A DNA stretch of 64,000 bases from an uncultured Methanosarcinaceae archaeon (lineage in GTDB: Archaea; Halobacteriota; Methanosarcinia; Methanosarcinales; Methanosarcinaceae), in the NCBI GenBank assembly GCA_963847185.1, contig CAWJYV010000008.1, positions 960,001 through 1,024,000 of the forward strand, written 5' to 3'. A program made the translations under genes and the position numbers. Within the stretch, counting starts at the first letter, position 1. The number at the start of each line of letters is the position of its first letter. Of this stretch, positions 52,356 through 61,297 are shown in pieces. Below the pieces are notes generated by a model, which was not told where the DNA came from, made no database searches, and worked only from the letters and a program-made list of their open reading frames with translations.

Positions 52356-52791
52356 ATGAGAAAAGCACTGATTACATTGATACTACTATTTGGCGTCTTC
52401 CTGATAATAGGATGTACGGAAAATAAGCCGATAACTCCAAACAAAACTGGAACTCCAGAGCAATCTGTAACTCCTGCTGAAACAGTTACTCCAACCGGAG
52501 AAAAATACAACTGAAAAACAGACTACAACTGAAATGCAGAATGTAACAGAGAAACTGGAAGTGAAAGAATATACACTTGAAGAACTTGCAGAATACAACG
52601 GTAAAAATGGGGGGAAGACATACGTTGCCTATCAAGGCAAGGTCTACGACGTCTCTGATAATAATGTTTGGAAAAATGGCACTCATAAAGGATGCAACGC
52701 AGGGACGGATCTCACTGGAAAAATGGACAAGGCACCACATAGGGCTGAAATATTAAAGGTATACCCTGTTGTTGGGACTTTGAAAAAATAA
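52356..52791 (+). pseudogene. Lipoprotein with a cytochrome b5-like heme/steroid-binding domain, +1 frameshift at about 52501-52505
   Basis: MRKALITLILLFGVFLIIGC lipoprotein signal; the frame changes in GAGAAAAATAC; downstream YTLEELAEYNGK...VYDVS...WKNGTH...AGTDLT...APH b5 motif. Confidence 0.8.
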
Positions 52792-53040
52792 CCTCATTCT
52801 GTAAAACCTCTAAAACAGGTTTTATCTTTTTCATGGTTCATGAATTTTCAGGTAAAACTTATCAATTTCCTTTAATTTATCTCTAATTTGAGAAAATTTT
52901 CCTAAATTCTGATTAATGCATGCATTGAGGACAAACATATAGGAATTAACGTAGTAAACTCATTTTCTTTATAATGTCTTATTATCTATGAGCTAATCCT
53001 GAACTAAAAAATGATTCTTAGAGTTTTTATTACATTGGGA

Positions 53041-53292
53041 GCGCAGAGGTCACTGAGTACCCCATTCTTTAGATTGGGGATGAAGTGAACCCTCGCCTCT
53101 TCGTTTTTCCCTTTACATATCTTAATAATCTAATCTTTGGAAAGTGATCGGAAATCGGACAGAGTCTCGGTGGCAGAGTTTCAATCACTTAGATCAATGA
53201 AACCATGTTAAAGGACACTGTGACTTCTTTTCCGAGTAACCGGGCGGGCGGCCCAAGCATACCCCATCCTTTAGGGTGGGGTGGCCGCCCGC
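53041..53292 (+). mobile_element. Internally deleted, non-autonomous IS200/IS605-family element
   Basis: Two related subterminal hairpins CCCCATTCTTTAGATTGGGG and CCCCATCCTTTAGGGTGGGG, each inside a longer stem; internal ATGTTAAAGG resembles a tnpB start. Confidence 0.7.
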
Positions 53293-53346
53293 AATTTGAT
53301 TTTATATATCACGTCAGCATAATGTATTTTTGTGCATTTTTTGCAC

Positions 53347-54866
53347 TTAATTCTCCTCGTTATTAGTAGTACTCCCTGAACTTCTGTTCGTTATTAATAG
53401 TGCTTCCTGAATTCTCCCCGTTATTAGTAGTACTTCCTGCACTTTGTCCGTTATTAATAGTGCTTCCTGAATTCTCCCCGTTATTAGTAGTACTTCCTGC
53501 ACTTTGTCCGTTATTAATAGTGCTTCCTGAATTCTCCCCGTTATTAGTAGTACTTCCTGCACTTTGTCCGTTATTAATAGTGTTTCCACCGTCTACTGTA
53601 CTTCCGGAGTAATCTCCATTGTTAATGGTATTTCCACCATCTACTGTACTTCCTGAATTATCTCCATTATTAATGGTATTTCCACCGTCTACTGTACTTC
53701 CGGAGTAATCTCCATTGTTAATGGTATTTCCACCATCTACTGTACTTCCGGAGTAATCTCCATTGTTAATGGTATTTCCACCATCTACTGTACTTCCGGA
53801 GTAATCTCCATTGTTAATGGTATTTCCACCATCTACTGTACTTCCGGAATTATCCCCATTGTTGATAGTGTTTCCACCATTAACTATACTTCCTGCATTT
53901 TGTCCGTTATTGATGATGTTTCCCGCATGTTCTCCATTGTTAATGAAATTTCCTGCACTTTGTCCATTATTAATGGTATTATATCCATTAGTTATACTTC
54001 CGGAGTTCTCTCCATTGTATATTTCGGCCTCTGCATATTGTCCATCATTAATGGTCACCCCTGCATCCTGTCCATTATTGATGGTATTATCTCCATTAGA
54101 CTATACTTCCTGAGTTCTCTCCATTGTTTATTTCGGCCTCTGCATATTGTCCATCGTTAATGGTCACCCCTGCATCCTGTCCATTATTGATGGTATTATC
54201 TCCATTATCTATACTCCCTGCGTCCTCTCCATTATTAATGGTGCTTCCTGCATATTGTCCACTGTTAATAGTGCTTCCTGCTTCCTCTCCATCATTTACA
54301 GTGTTCCCTGAGGATTGCCCATTGTTAATAGTGCTTCCTGCGTTCTGACCTATGTTAATAGTAGCCCCTGCATACTGTCCTATATTGAATGTGCTTCCAG
54401 CGTACTGCCCTATGTTAAAGGAACTTCCTGCATCCTGTCCATTCGCAGTAGTGTTCCCTGCATCAGATTCATTGTTAGTGGTATTTCCTGTACTGGATTC
54501 ATTGTTAATTGTGCCGTTTATGTTCAACTCATCGTTAACGTTACTTCCTGAGCTCCGGCGATTGTGAATTATGATCCTTGATTTCTGCTCATTGTTAAAT
54601 GTGACATTATTAAATGTGACATCGTTAAATGTATTACACGAGTCAGGTCCATTGACAAATATAACATTGTTAAATGTTACATTATTAAATATGTTCCCTG
54701 ATTCTGCATCTATATAAATAGGGGGTTCTGTATTCTTCTCTGAATTACTGTTGTTTCCTATCTCACTGGTGCTTTCTGCTGCTGCAGTTGTCACTAATAT
54801 CAAAAAAAGAGTTGTTATGAAAAGGCATCCTGTCTTCTTAATTCTATTAAATTTCTGTTTTCCCAT
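53347..54866 (-). pseudogene. Secreted Asn/Gly/Ser/Thr-rich repeat protein (probable beta-solenoid), split by +1 frameshifts at about 54098 and 53382
   Basis: Signal peptide followed by 10-aa (NNGQSAGSTI), 16-aa (NNGDYSGSTVDGGNTI) and 20-aa repeats that continue in register across both frame changes. Confidence 0.8.
53360..53885. repeat. 60-bp (x3) and 48-bp (about x6) coding tandem repeats
   Basis: Exact 60-bp repeats at about 53390-53580, then the 48-bp unit TTCCACCATCTACTGTACTTCCGGAGTAATCTCCATTGTTAATGGTAT. Confidence 0.92.
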
Positions 54867-55517
54867 TTGTTCCTGTTCCCCACTCGTTTACTTAACTTGC
54901 TATGATTTTAAGGTTGACATTATCAATTTATTTCCCGTAGATAAACGACTGTAAAGTGCTATTTTTCTTTATTTTCAGTCCAGTCAAGTCTTTAAAAAAC
55001 GTTTACAAGATAATATGATAAAATTCGAAAATAAATAGGTATGTAAGGCCTAAATTAATATTAATATTGTTTTGATATCATACTGAAACGTGCCACATTT
55101 TTGTTAAACTTCCAAATCATCACTTCTTTGTGAAATGATTTTTTTAGAACCAAGTCAGTAATCTGGAGTGTAATATCTGATTCAATTGAGCACCAATTAA
55201 GGAATTCCAGAGAAAAACGAAATCTTTCCCTGGGTTTTAATCGGTTTATTTATGGATACTGATTTCTATCTCGAAACTCTCATTATTTATACGTTAAAAC
55301 AAATAATTATAGTATATAATAAAACGAAGGCAGTAAAAAGGATGCCCTCTTAATAATAAATTAATAGTTTCTCAAGAAGCTTCTCAAAAATCTAGTAATA
55401 ATAACCCTTTGCTCATTGTGCTTTTTTCATTGAAAGAGCAAAGTAGCTGTGAACTATCTCTATAATTAAAGACCGATTAAAAATAAAATTTGAAGTTCTT
55501 AAAAAGGGGTGCAGTTT

Positions 55518-56324
55518 ATGAAAATTCTCGTACTTTATTCAGGCGAACTTGGAAAAAAGGTCATTCAGAATCTGATTAATCCGGCAAGTTTCTGTGTGTC
55601 TTGTGGAGAACTCTGCAACCACTGCAGACAGGTCAGGAAGTCATATGCAAATCTCATTGTAGGAATTCATGAATTTCCCGAAGATTTGCCCCAGTTCATA
55701 GAAGAGCCAGAACAATACCTACCTTCAGGGCTTCCGGAATGTGATCTGATACTTGCTATCGGAATCCATCCTGATCTCATCATAGCTTTGCCGGAGGTTG
55801 TGCGAAACACAAAGGCAAAAGCCGTAATTGCACCAGCTGAAGACTCGAAAAAAACTCCTGCAGGTATCCTTGAACAGCTTAGAAAAGAGCTTGAAGCCAT
55901 GGGAGTTGAGTTTGAGGCACCAAAACCCTTCTGTGCCCTTGTGAAAACCGGGAAGCCTATTATAGATGCTTTCGTCGATCTTGGTTTCGGAAAGCCTGTG
56001 CTCAGAATCGAAATGAGCCCTGACGGAAAGATGTTCATAGGCGCAGGTGTTCTCAGGGACGCTCCATGCGGCTCAACCTGGTTTGTGGCCAAAAAGCTCG
56101 GCTGGACTGATATTTCCGGATACAAAGAAACTGTTTCAGGTGCTCATCATTCCTACCCCTGTACCGGAAGCATGGACAAAGATCCTCAGCTTGGGGACAC
56201 TATCCTGCACAAAGCGGGGTACATTATCAGGGAAGCTGTTGAAGAAGGAATGGAATGTGCAAAAAATGAAAAGGCACGAATTTCAGTAACCTGCGGTGAT
56301 GAGATCTCCAGCTCAAGTTTCTGA
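55518..56324 (+). CDS. DUF166 family protein
   Basis: IGIHPDL, PKPFCAL, RDAPCGSTWFVA, HHSYPCTGSM and TILHKAGYI motifs. Confidence 0.8.
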   Translation: MKILVLYSGELGKKVIQNLINPASFCVSCGELCNHCRQVRKSYANLIVGIHEFPEDLPQFIEEPEQYLPSGLPECDLILAIGIHPDLIIALPEVVRNTKAKAVIAPAEDSKKTPAGILEQLRKELEAMGVEFEAPKPFCALVKTGKPIIDAFVDLGFGKPVLRIEMSPDGKMFIGAGVLRDAPCGSTWFVAKKLGWTDISGYKETVSGAHHSYPCTGSMDKDPQLGDTILHKAGYIIREAVEEGMECAKNEKARISVTCGDEISSSSF

Positions 56325-56537
56325 AAGAAGCGGAGTAATTATGAAAGCGAATTAATTTGCGAATACCAATCCGAACTCAACTGAAAAAGGCTATTTTAAC
56401 TAAGTCTTTATTAATTTTTAAAGGCGCGGAGACATTGGAAAAAATAAAGGCACGATTTTTCCGTACCTATCCTTACTTTTCTCAATTGCAGAACCCTATA
56501 GGATCAGCTGTAGGTTTTAAAGCCCTAAACTTTATTT

Positions 56538-57239
56538 TCAGGTTTGGGCCTGGAAATAAACCTCTTCGTAGGGCTGAACGACCACAAATCCTTCTCCTTT
56601 AAATGCCATCTGGATGGATTCTCCACTGCTTCTTCCAACCAGAGTTTTCAGGGAAATATCAGTTTTTATGTCCGGTTCAAGATTCCCTGACCAGGCAACT
56701 GTAGCATTGGGATCTGTGAAAACAGGGTTCCCTTCACTCACCTTGAGAGTCAGGGGTTCATAATGGGTAGTTATGGCAACCATGCCCGTTCCTTCCAGCT
56801 TCACGTTGAAAAGTCCTCCTGCCATCATACCAGCAACTTTTCTCAGGAGCCTGATATCCCAGTTTATTGAAGTCTCGAATGCAAGAAGATCATTTCCGTT
56901 TACAAAGATAGAATCGTTTTCCAGCTTCAGGACTGAGACTTTCTTTCCCTCGTCTGCGAGGTAGAGTTTTCCCCTCCCTTCAGCTTTTGTAAGGCTGACC
57001 CCTTCCCCTGTAAGGGATTTTTTCACGAGTTTGCCAAGCCCGTGTTCAAGAATTCCTTCTCGTGTAAACATGATGTTTCCTGTATAAGCGACCATGGAGC
57101 CTTTTTTTGTCCAGACCGTTCCATCAAGGTTTACCTCAAGCAAACGTTCGCGTTCCAGCTCGAAAACTCCCTGGTTAAGATTTCTTTCTCCTGTGCTTTG
57201 AATGAAATCTTCTATCGAATAACGTTCCATTTTTCTCAT
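56538..57239 (-). CDS. AIM24 family protein
   Basis: KKGSMVAYTG, LTGEG, GGLFNVKLEGTG and GEGFVVVQP motifs. Confidence 0.88.
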   Translation of the reverse strand: MRKMERYSIEDFIQSTGERNLNQGVFELERERLLEVNLDGTVWTKKGSMVAYTGNIMFTREGILEHGLGKLVKKSLTGEGVSLTKAEGRGKLYLADEGKKVSVLKLENDSIFVNGNDLLAFETSINWDIRLLRKVAGMMAGGLFNVKLEGTGMVAITTHYEPLTLKVSEGNPVFTDPNATVAWSGNLEPDIKTDISLKTLVGRSSGESIQMAFKGEGFVVVQPYEEVYFQAQT

Positions 57240-57571
57240 CTCTTTTTTTATGTCTTTATTTTTTATAACTTTAAAAGAGTTTTATTGTTTATCCTCAAAT
57301 ATAAAATAGAGATATATTTTAGACTGTTCTCCTGATGAGAGATAGTATCCCGGAAAAACTGTTACATTATATCGCTGGAATTTTTGCGATTAAACTGAAA
57401 AATCAACAGCAAATAATTGAATAAGAAAAAGCATTATGTGGTTTTGAAGCAAAGTTGAATATAAGAGGTGCTATTGGATGATTTGTGAGAAACCCAAATT
57501 CCTCCTCTAAATACCGTGGAAATTAATTACTGTCTACTTTGTACTATTTAATTTCAGATTTCAGGAACGCA

Positions 57572-57613
57572 AATTGGTTGGCTCTCAGTTAATTAACTGA
57601 GAGTTTCCCAATT
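57572..57613 (-). terminator. Palindromic hairpin downstream of the beta-helix gene
   Basis: Perfect 22-bp palindrome CTCTCAGTTAATTAACTGAGAG (57582-57603) with outer AATTGG/CCAATT. Confidence 0.5.
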
Positions 57614-57620
57614 GAGTTTC

Positions 57621-58517
57621 TTATTTACAATTTACAATTTTATTGTCGTGTATATTTACATTAGTTTCTTTTGTGTTTACATGTGCTATTGCAGGAGCAG
57701 GCAAATCATGGAAATAGTTGCCATAGACTTCTATGTTAGAAACTTTTCCTTCTAATTCCAGACCCGCATATCCTCCTCCAGATGTTGTACATTCGTTATT
57801 CGCAAACACTCCGTTGGTAATAGTATAGAATCTGCAGGAGGAGTTAGTCCGATTTATAAATTTGCTATTTTTAACTGTAATGTTTTTTGAATTATAGGCA
57901 TATACACCGTCATGCCCGCATTTATTCGCTGTAATTCCATCTATGAGAATATTGGAACATTTATTCAATAGGATAGCATCGTTACATCCATTCTTAAATG
58001 TGACATTCTCAATTGTTAACCCGTTAACGCCTATGAGTGTTGCCATGTTGTAACAGGAAGTTCCAAGCTTTACTTTTGGGTAGTAATCGCTCTGGCTGCC
58101 GTCAACTACTATGTTACTGAGTCCAACATTGGTTGCAGAATTGCCTTTTATCATAAACATAGCTTTTTCGTTTGCTATACTGACCTTTCGACCACCCCAA
58201 ACAGGTAGTCCAGAGGCGAGTTTCACTGTTGCAGTGCTGTCTCCCGTCAGAGTTACTCCGCTTCGAAGCATAATGGAGTCAGCTATATAATATGTAAACG
58301 AGCCTTTTAAGTAGACTGTTGGAATGGAATTTGCTGCTGCATATTCAAGTGCCTTGTTAATCTCAACATTATCGGCTTTTCCATCGCAGTTGTAGTCTCC
58401 GCTTCCATCTCCGGCAACAGTTATAACCTGTGTACTCTGAGCGCCTAATACATTCGGTACGGTTGTTAAAATAAGGCATGTGACCAGGAATAGGGTTCCT
58501 AGCTGTCTTTTTTGCAT
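57621..58517 (-). CDS. Secreted right-handed parallel beta-helix protein (disaggregatase-related / pectin-lyase fold)
   Basis: Signal peptide; VAGDGSGDYNCDGKADNVEINKAL and repeated beta-helix turns (GHDGVY). Confidence 0.85.
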   Translation of the reverse strand: MQKRQLGTLFLVTCLILTTVPNVLGAQSTQVITVAGDGSGDYNCDGKADNVEINKALEYAAANSIPTVYLKGSFTYYIADSIMLRSGVTLTGDSTATVKLASGLPVWGGRKVSIANEKAMFMIKGNSATNVGLSNIVVDGSQSDYYPKVKLGTSCYNMATLIGVNGLTIENVTFKNGCNDAILLNKCSNILIDGITANKCGHDGVYAYNSKNITVKNSKFINRTNSSCRFYTITNGVFANNECTTSGGGYAGLELEGKVSNIEVYGNYFHDLPAPAIAHVNTKETNVNIHDNKIVNCK

Positions 58518-59998
58518 CGTATCACCTTTGGGTTGGATTTTTATAGGGATTCAAGTAAAATCAAAATTCATAAGGTAATTCTATACTTTTCCCAAATATT
58601 TCTGAAAATTCCATATTACGTACTCGTAATACCTTTTTTCCGACACATCTAATTAGATTGGATCAGATCCTCTAATCAGGTCGGCTCTATACGGTCATTC
58701 AAAAATCTATATTACGTCTGCGTAATATTTTTGAACCTATCCAATTCGGTTCTCTGCGATTATGTGGGGCGGACACGTTGCACACAGAGTCTCCATTTTC
58801 CAATCACTTTAGGGATTGGTTATTGGAGGTGGCCGGAAATGAGAAGCCTCTGCTTCTCCTACTCAAAATCTGCTACTGACCGCAGGATTTACTCCTTCTG
58901 GTCAATACCTCCTATTTTGTTACTCCAGGCTTTTAGCCAGGTCAACCCTTCTTCCGAAAAATATTCAATTCAAAAGATTTCGTTCACATATCATTAAATT
59001 TCTGAGTTGACAAATATGGTTATGTGATTATGTTATAAATTATTTTTGGTATTTAATAAAATTAATTTATACAGTTTTCTTCTTTTTTAAGTTAACGTAA
59101 GTTTTTGAATGGATATAAAAAGTAGAATATTCGAAACATTAAAAAAAATTATCAGGAATCAATGAATAAAACAAAGTACGAATAAATAAATTAAATAAAA
59201 AAAATAATATCACTTATATAAATAAATATTAACATATTAGATAATGAATTATAAGCTTTCATACACATCATTTATTCAAAAACGCAATGCTTAGGTATGG
59301 TGCTCATAAAAACAAAAACTATGATATCTTATTGGCATTTTCATCTTATTTTTGACCTTACTTCATAAAATTAAATTTTTTAAGTAAGTATTGTGAAAAA
59401 CCTTTCAAAAGAATTCATTTAATCAGTTGATTGACTAAATACTAGATTATAAATAAATATATATTGTTAATTAAATTCAAATAGCTTGCTAAAATTTAAA
59501 TGAAAAATAGTGAGGAACAAAATCAAAAGATAGTTAATTGTTGAGATGGCTCCATCTCCAATATAAACTAATTAGTAAGTATTTTCATAAGTTGGCCTAT
59601 GAGAGAGCCTACTAAGGTTCAGGAATATATCAATATCTCAGTATAATGATTATTACCAGGTATGAGGAGTTGAAATTTGACAACTAATTATCTTTTATTA
59701 ATTTTTTCCCCGGCCTGGCATCTTTACCTTCTATTTAATGTTAATTTTTTATTTGGTATTGCTAACTAAATATAGTTAACTCATTATTTCTGTATTTCAT
59801 TAAGAGAAGTACAGAGTACTTTAGCATTTCAAGACTCTTAGTATAACACTTTGTCTTTCGCCTCAATCTTGCCAGAACATTCAAAATAAAAAGTATACCC
59901 TGCAGGTTTCTTACCAAAATATTTATTATATTTGGACTGTAATGACATTGCCTAGACACAACCTGTAAGCTGGGGCTCTTTTGATGAAAACAAGGCAA

Positions 59999-61297
59999 AT
60001 GTTGGCAGAAAACGATGAAATTGGTACGTTTAGTTTTGTTCATACTGCGGACTTGCACCTTGACAGTCCTTTTGTCGGAATTTCCGGAGTGGACCCAAAA
60101 CTGGGAGAGAGGCTTGCAAAAGCGACATTTCAGGCATATGAAACCATCATCGAACTTTGTATCGATAGAGAGGTTAACTTCCTTCTTATAGCAGGGGATG
60201 TGTATGATAGTACTGATAAGAGCCTTTATGCACAGGTCAGATTCATAGAAGGACTTAAAAAACTAAATGTTGCCGGGATCCAGGCATATATTTGCCACGG
60301 GAACCATGATCCGCTTGAAGGCTGGTCTGCGAGTCTTCTATGGCCTGAAAACGTACACATTATGAGTGGGAAAAGTACTGAGATACTGGAATTTGAAAAA
60401 AATGGAGAAACTGCTGCAATCGTTGCTGGAAGAAGTTATCTCACCCAGCGTATCACGACCAATCTTGTAAAAAGCTTCCCACAAAAAGAAGAAAACTGGC
60501 CTTTTACTATAGGACTCCTGCATTGCAGTGTGGGAAACTGTGAGGGACATGATCCCTATGCACCCTGTACTCTACAGGACCTTAAGGATCTCAATTATAA
60601 TTACTGGGCTCTGGGCCATATCCATACTCCTTCTATAATTTGCAAAGAAGATCCAGTTGTAATATATCCTGGAAACCCCCAGGGAAGACACTCAGGAGAA
60701 ACCGGGGCAAGAGGCTGCTATTTCGTTAAAGTTGAAGCAGGGGAGATAGTATCTGCAGAGTTTATTGAAACCGGCTCCGTTAGATGGCATATAAGGGAAG
60801 TTTCCATCGAAGGCCTGGAAAATGAAGGAAAACTCATAGAAATCCTTTCAAATCAACTGGAAGATATCAGAGAAAATTCCGAGGGTAGAGCTGCTATTTG
60901 CAGACTGGTGCTCAAAGGAAGGGGACCTTTACACCGCTCCCTCAGGAATGAAGGTTTTCTTGGAGAAATTCTCCAGATCCTCAGAGAAAACGAAAGCCAG
61001 AGCCAGCAGTTTGTCTGGGTAGAACGCATTGAAGACGAGACACGTTTCCCGATCGAAAGGGACTTTCTGCTTAAAAGGGAGGATTTTCTGGGGGATGTGG
61101 TAAAAATCTCGGAGTTATTAAAGACTGATTTGGCAGCCCGGAATGAATTTCTTGAAAGCCTGAACTCTCTTTTTAATTCAAAGAGCGGGAGAAAATTCAT
61201 TTCAAAAATAAATGATGAAGAAATGGATTCTTTGCTTGAACGTGCAGAAAACATCCTTCTTGATACTCTTTTAACGGAGGAAAAACATGAAAATTAA
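59999..61297 (+). CDS. Mre11/SbcD-like DNA repair metallophosphoesterase (YhaO type)
   Basis: HTADLHLDSPF, AGDVYD, GNHD, WALGHIH and YPGNPQGRH motifs; alternative start 59981. Confidence 0.92.
   Translation: MLAENDEIGTFSFVHTADLHLDSPFVGISGVDPKLGERLAKATFQAYETIIELCIDREVNFLLIAGDVYDSTDKSLYAQVRFIEGLKKLNVAGIQAYICHGNHDPLEGWSASLLWPENVHIMSGKSTEILEFEKNGETAAIVAGRSYLTQRITTNLVKSFPQKEENWPFTIGLLHCSVGNCEGHDPYAPCTLQDLKDLNYNYWALGHIHTPSIICKEDPVVIYPGNPQGRHSGETGARGCYFVKVEAGEIVSAEFIETGSVRWHIREVSIEGLENEGKLIEILSNQLEDIRENSEGRAAICRLVLKGRGPLHRSLRNEGFLGEILQILRENESQSQQFVWVERIEDETRFPIERDFLLKREDFLGDVVKISELLKTDLAARNEFLESLNSLFNSKSGRKFISKINDEEMDSLLERAENILLDTLLTEEKHEN

Noticed and set aside
58731-58997. 88-aa plus-strand ORF
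   Set aside because: No RBS or motif; better explained as the antisense of a structured leader
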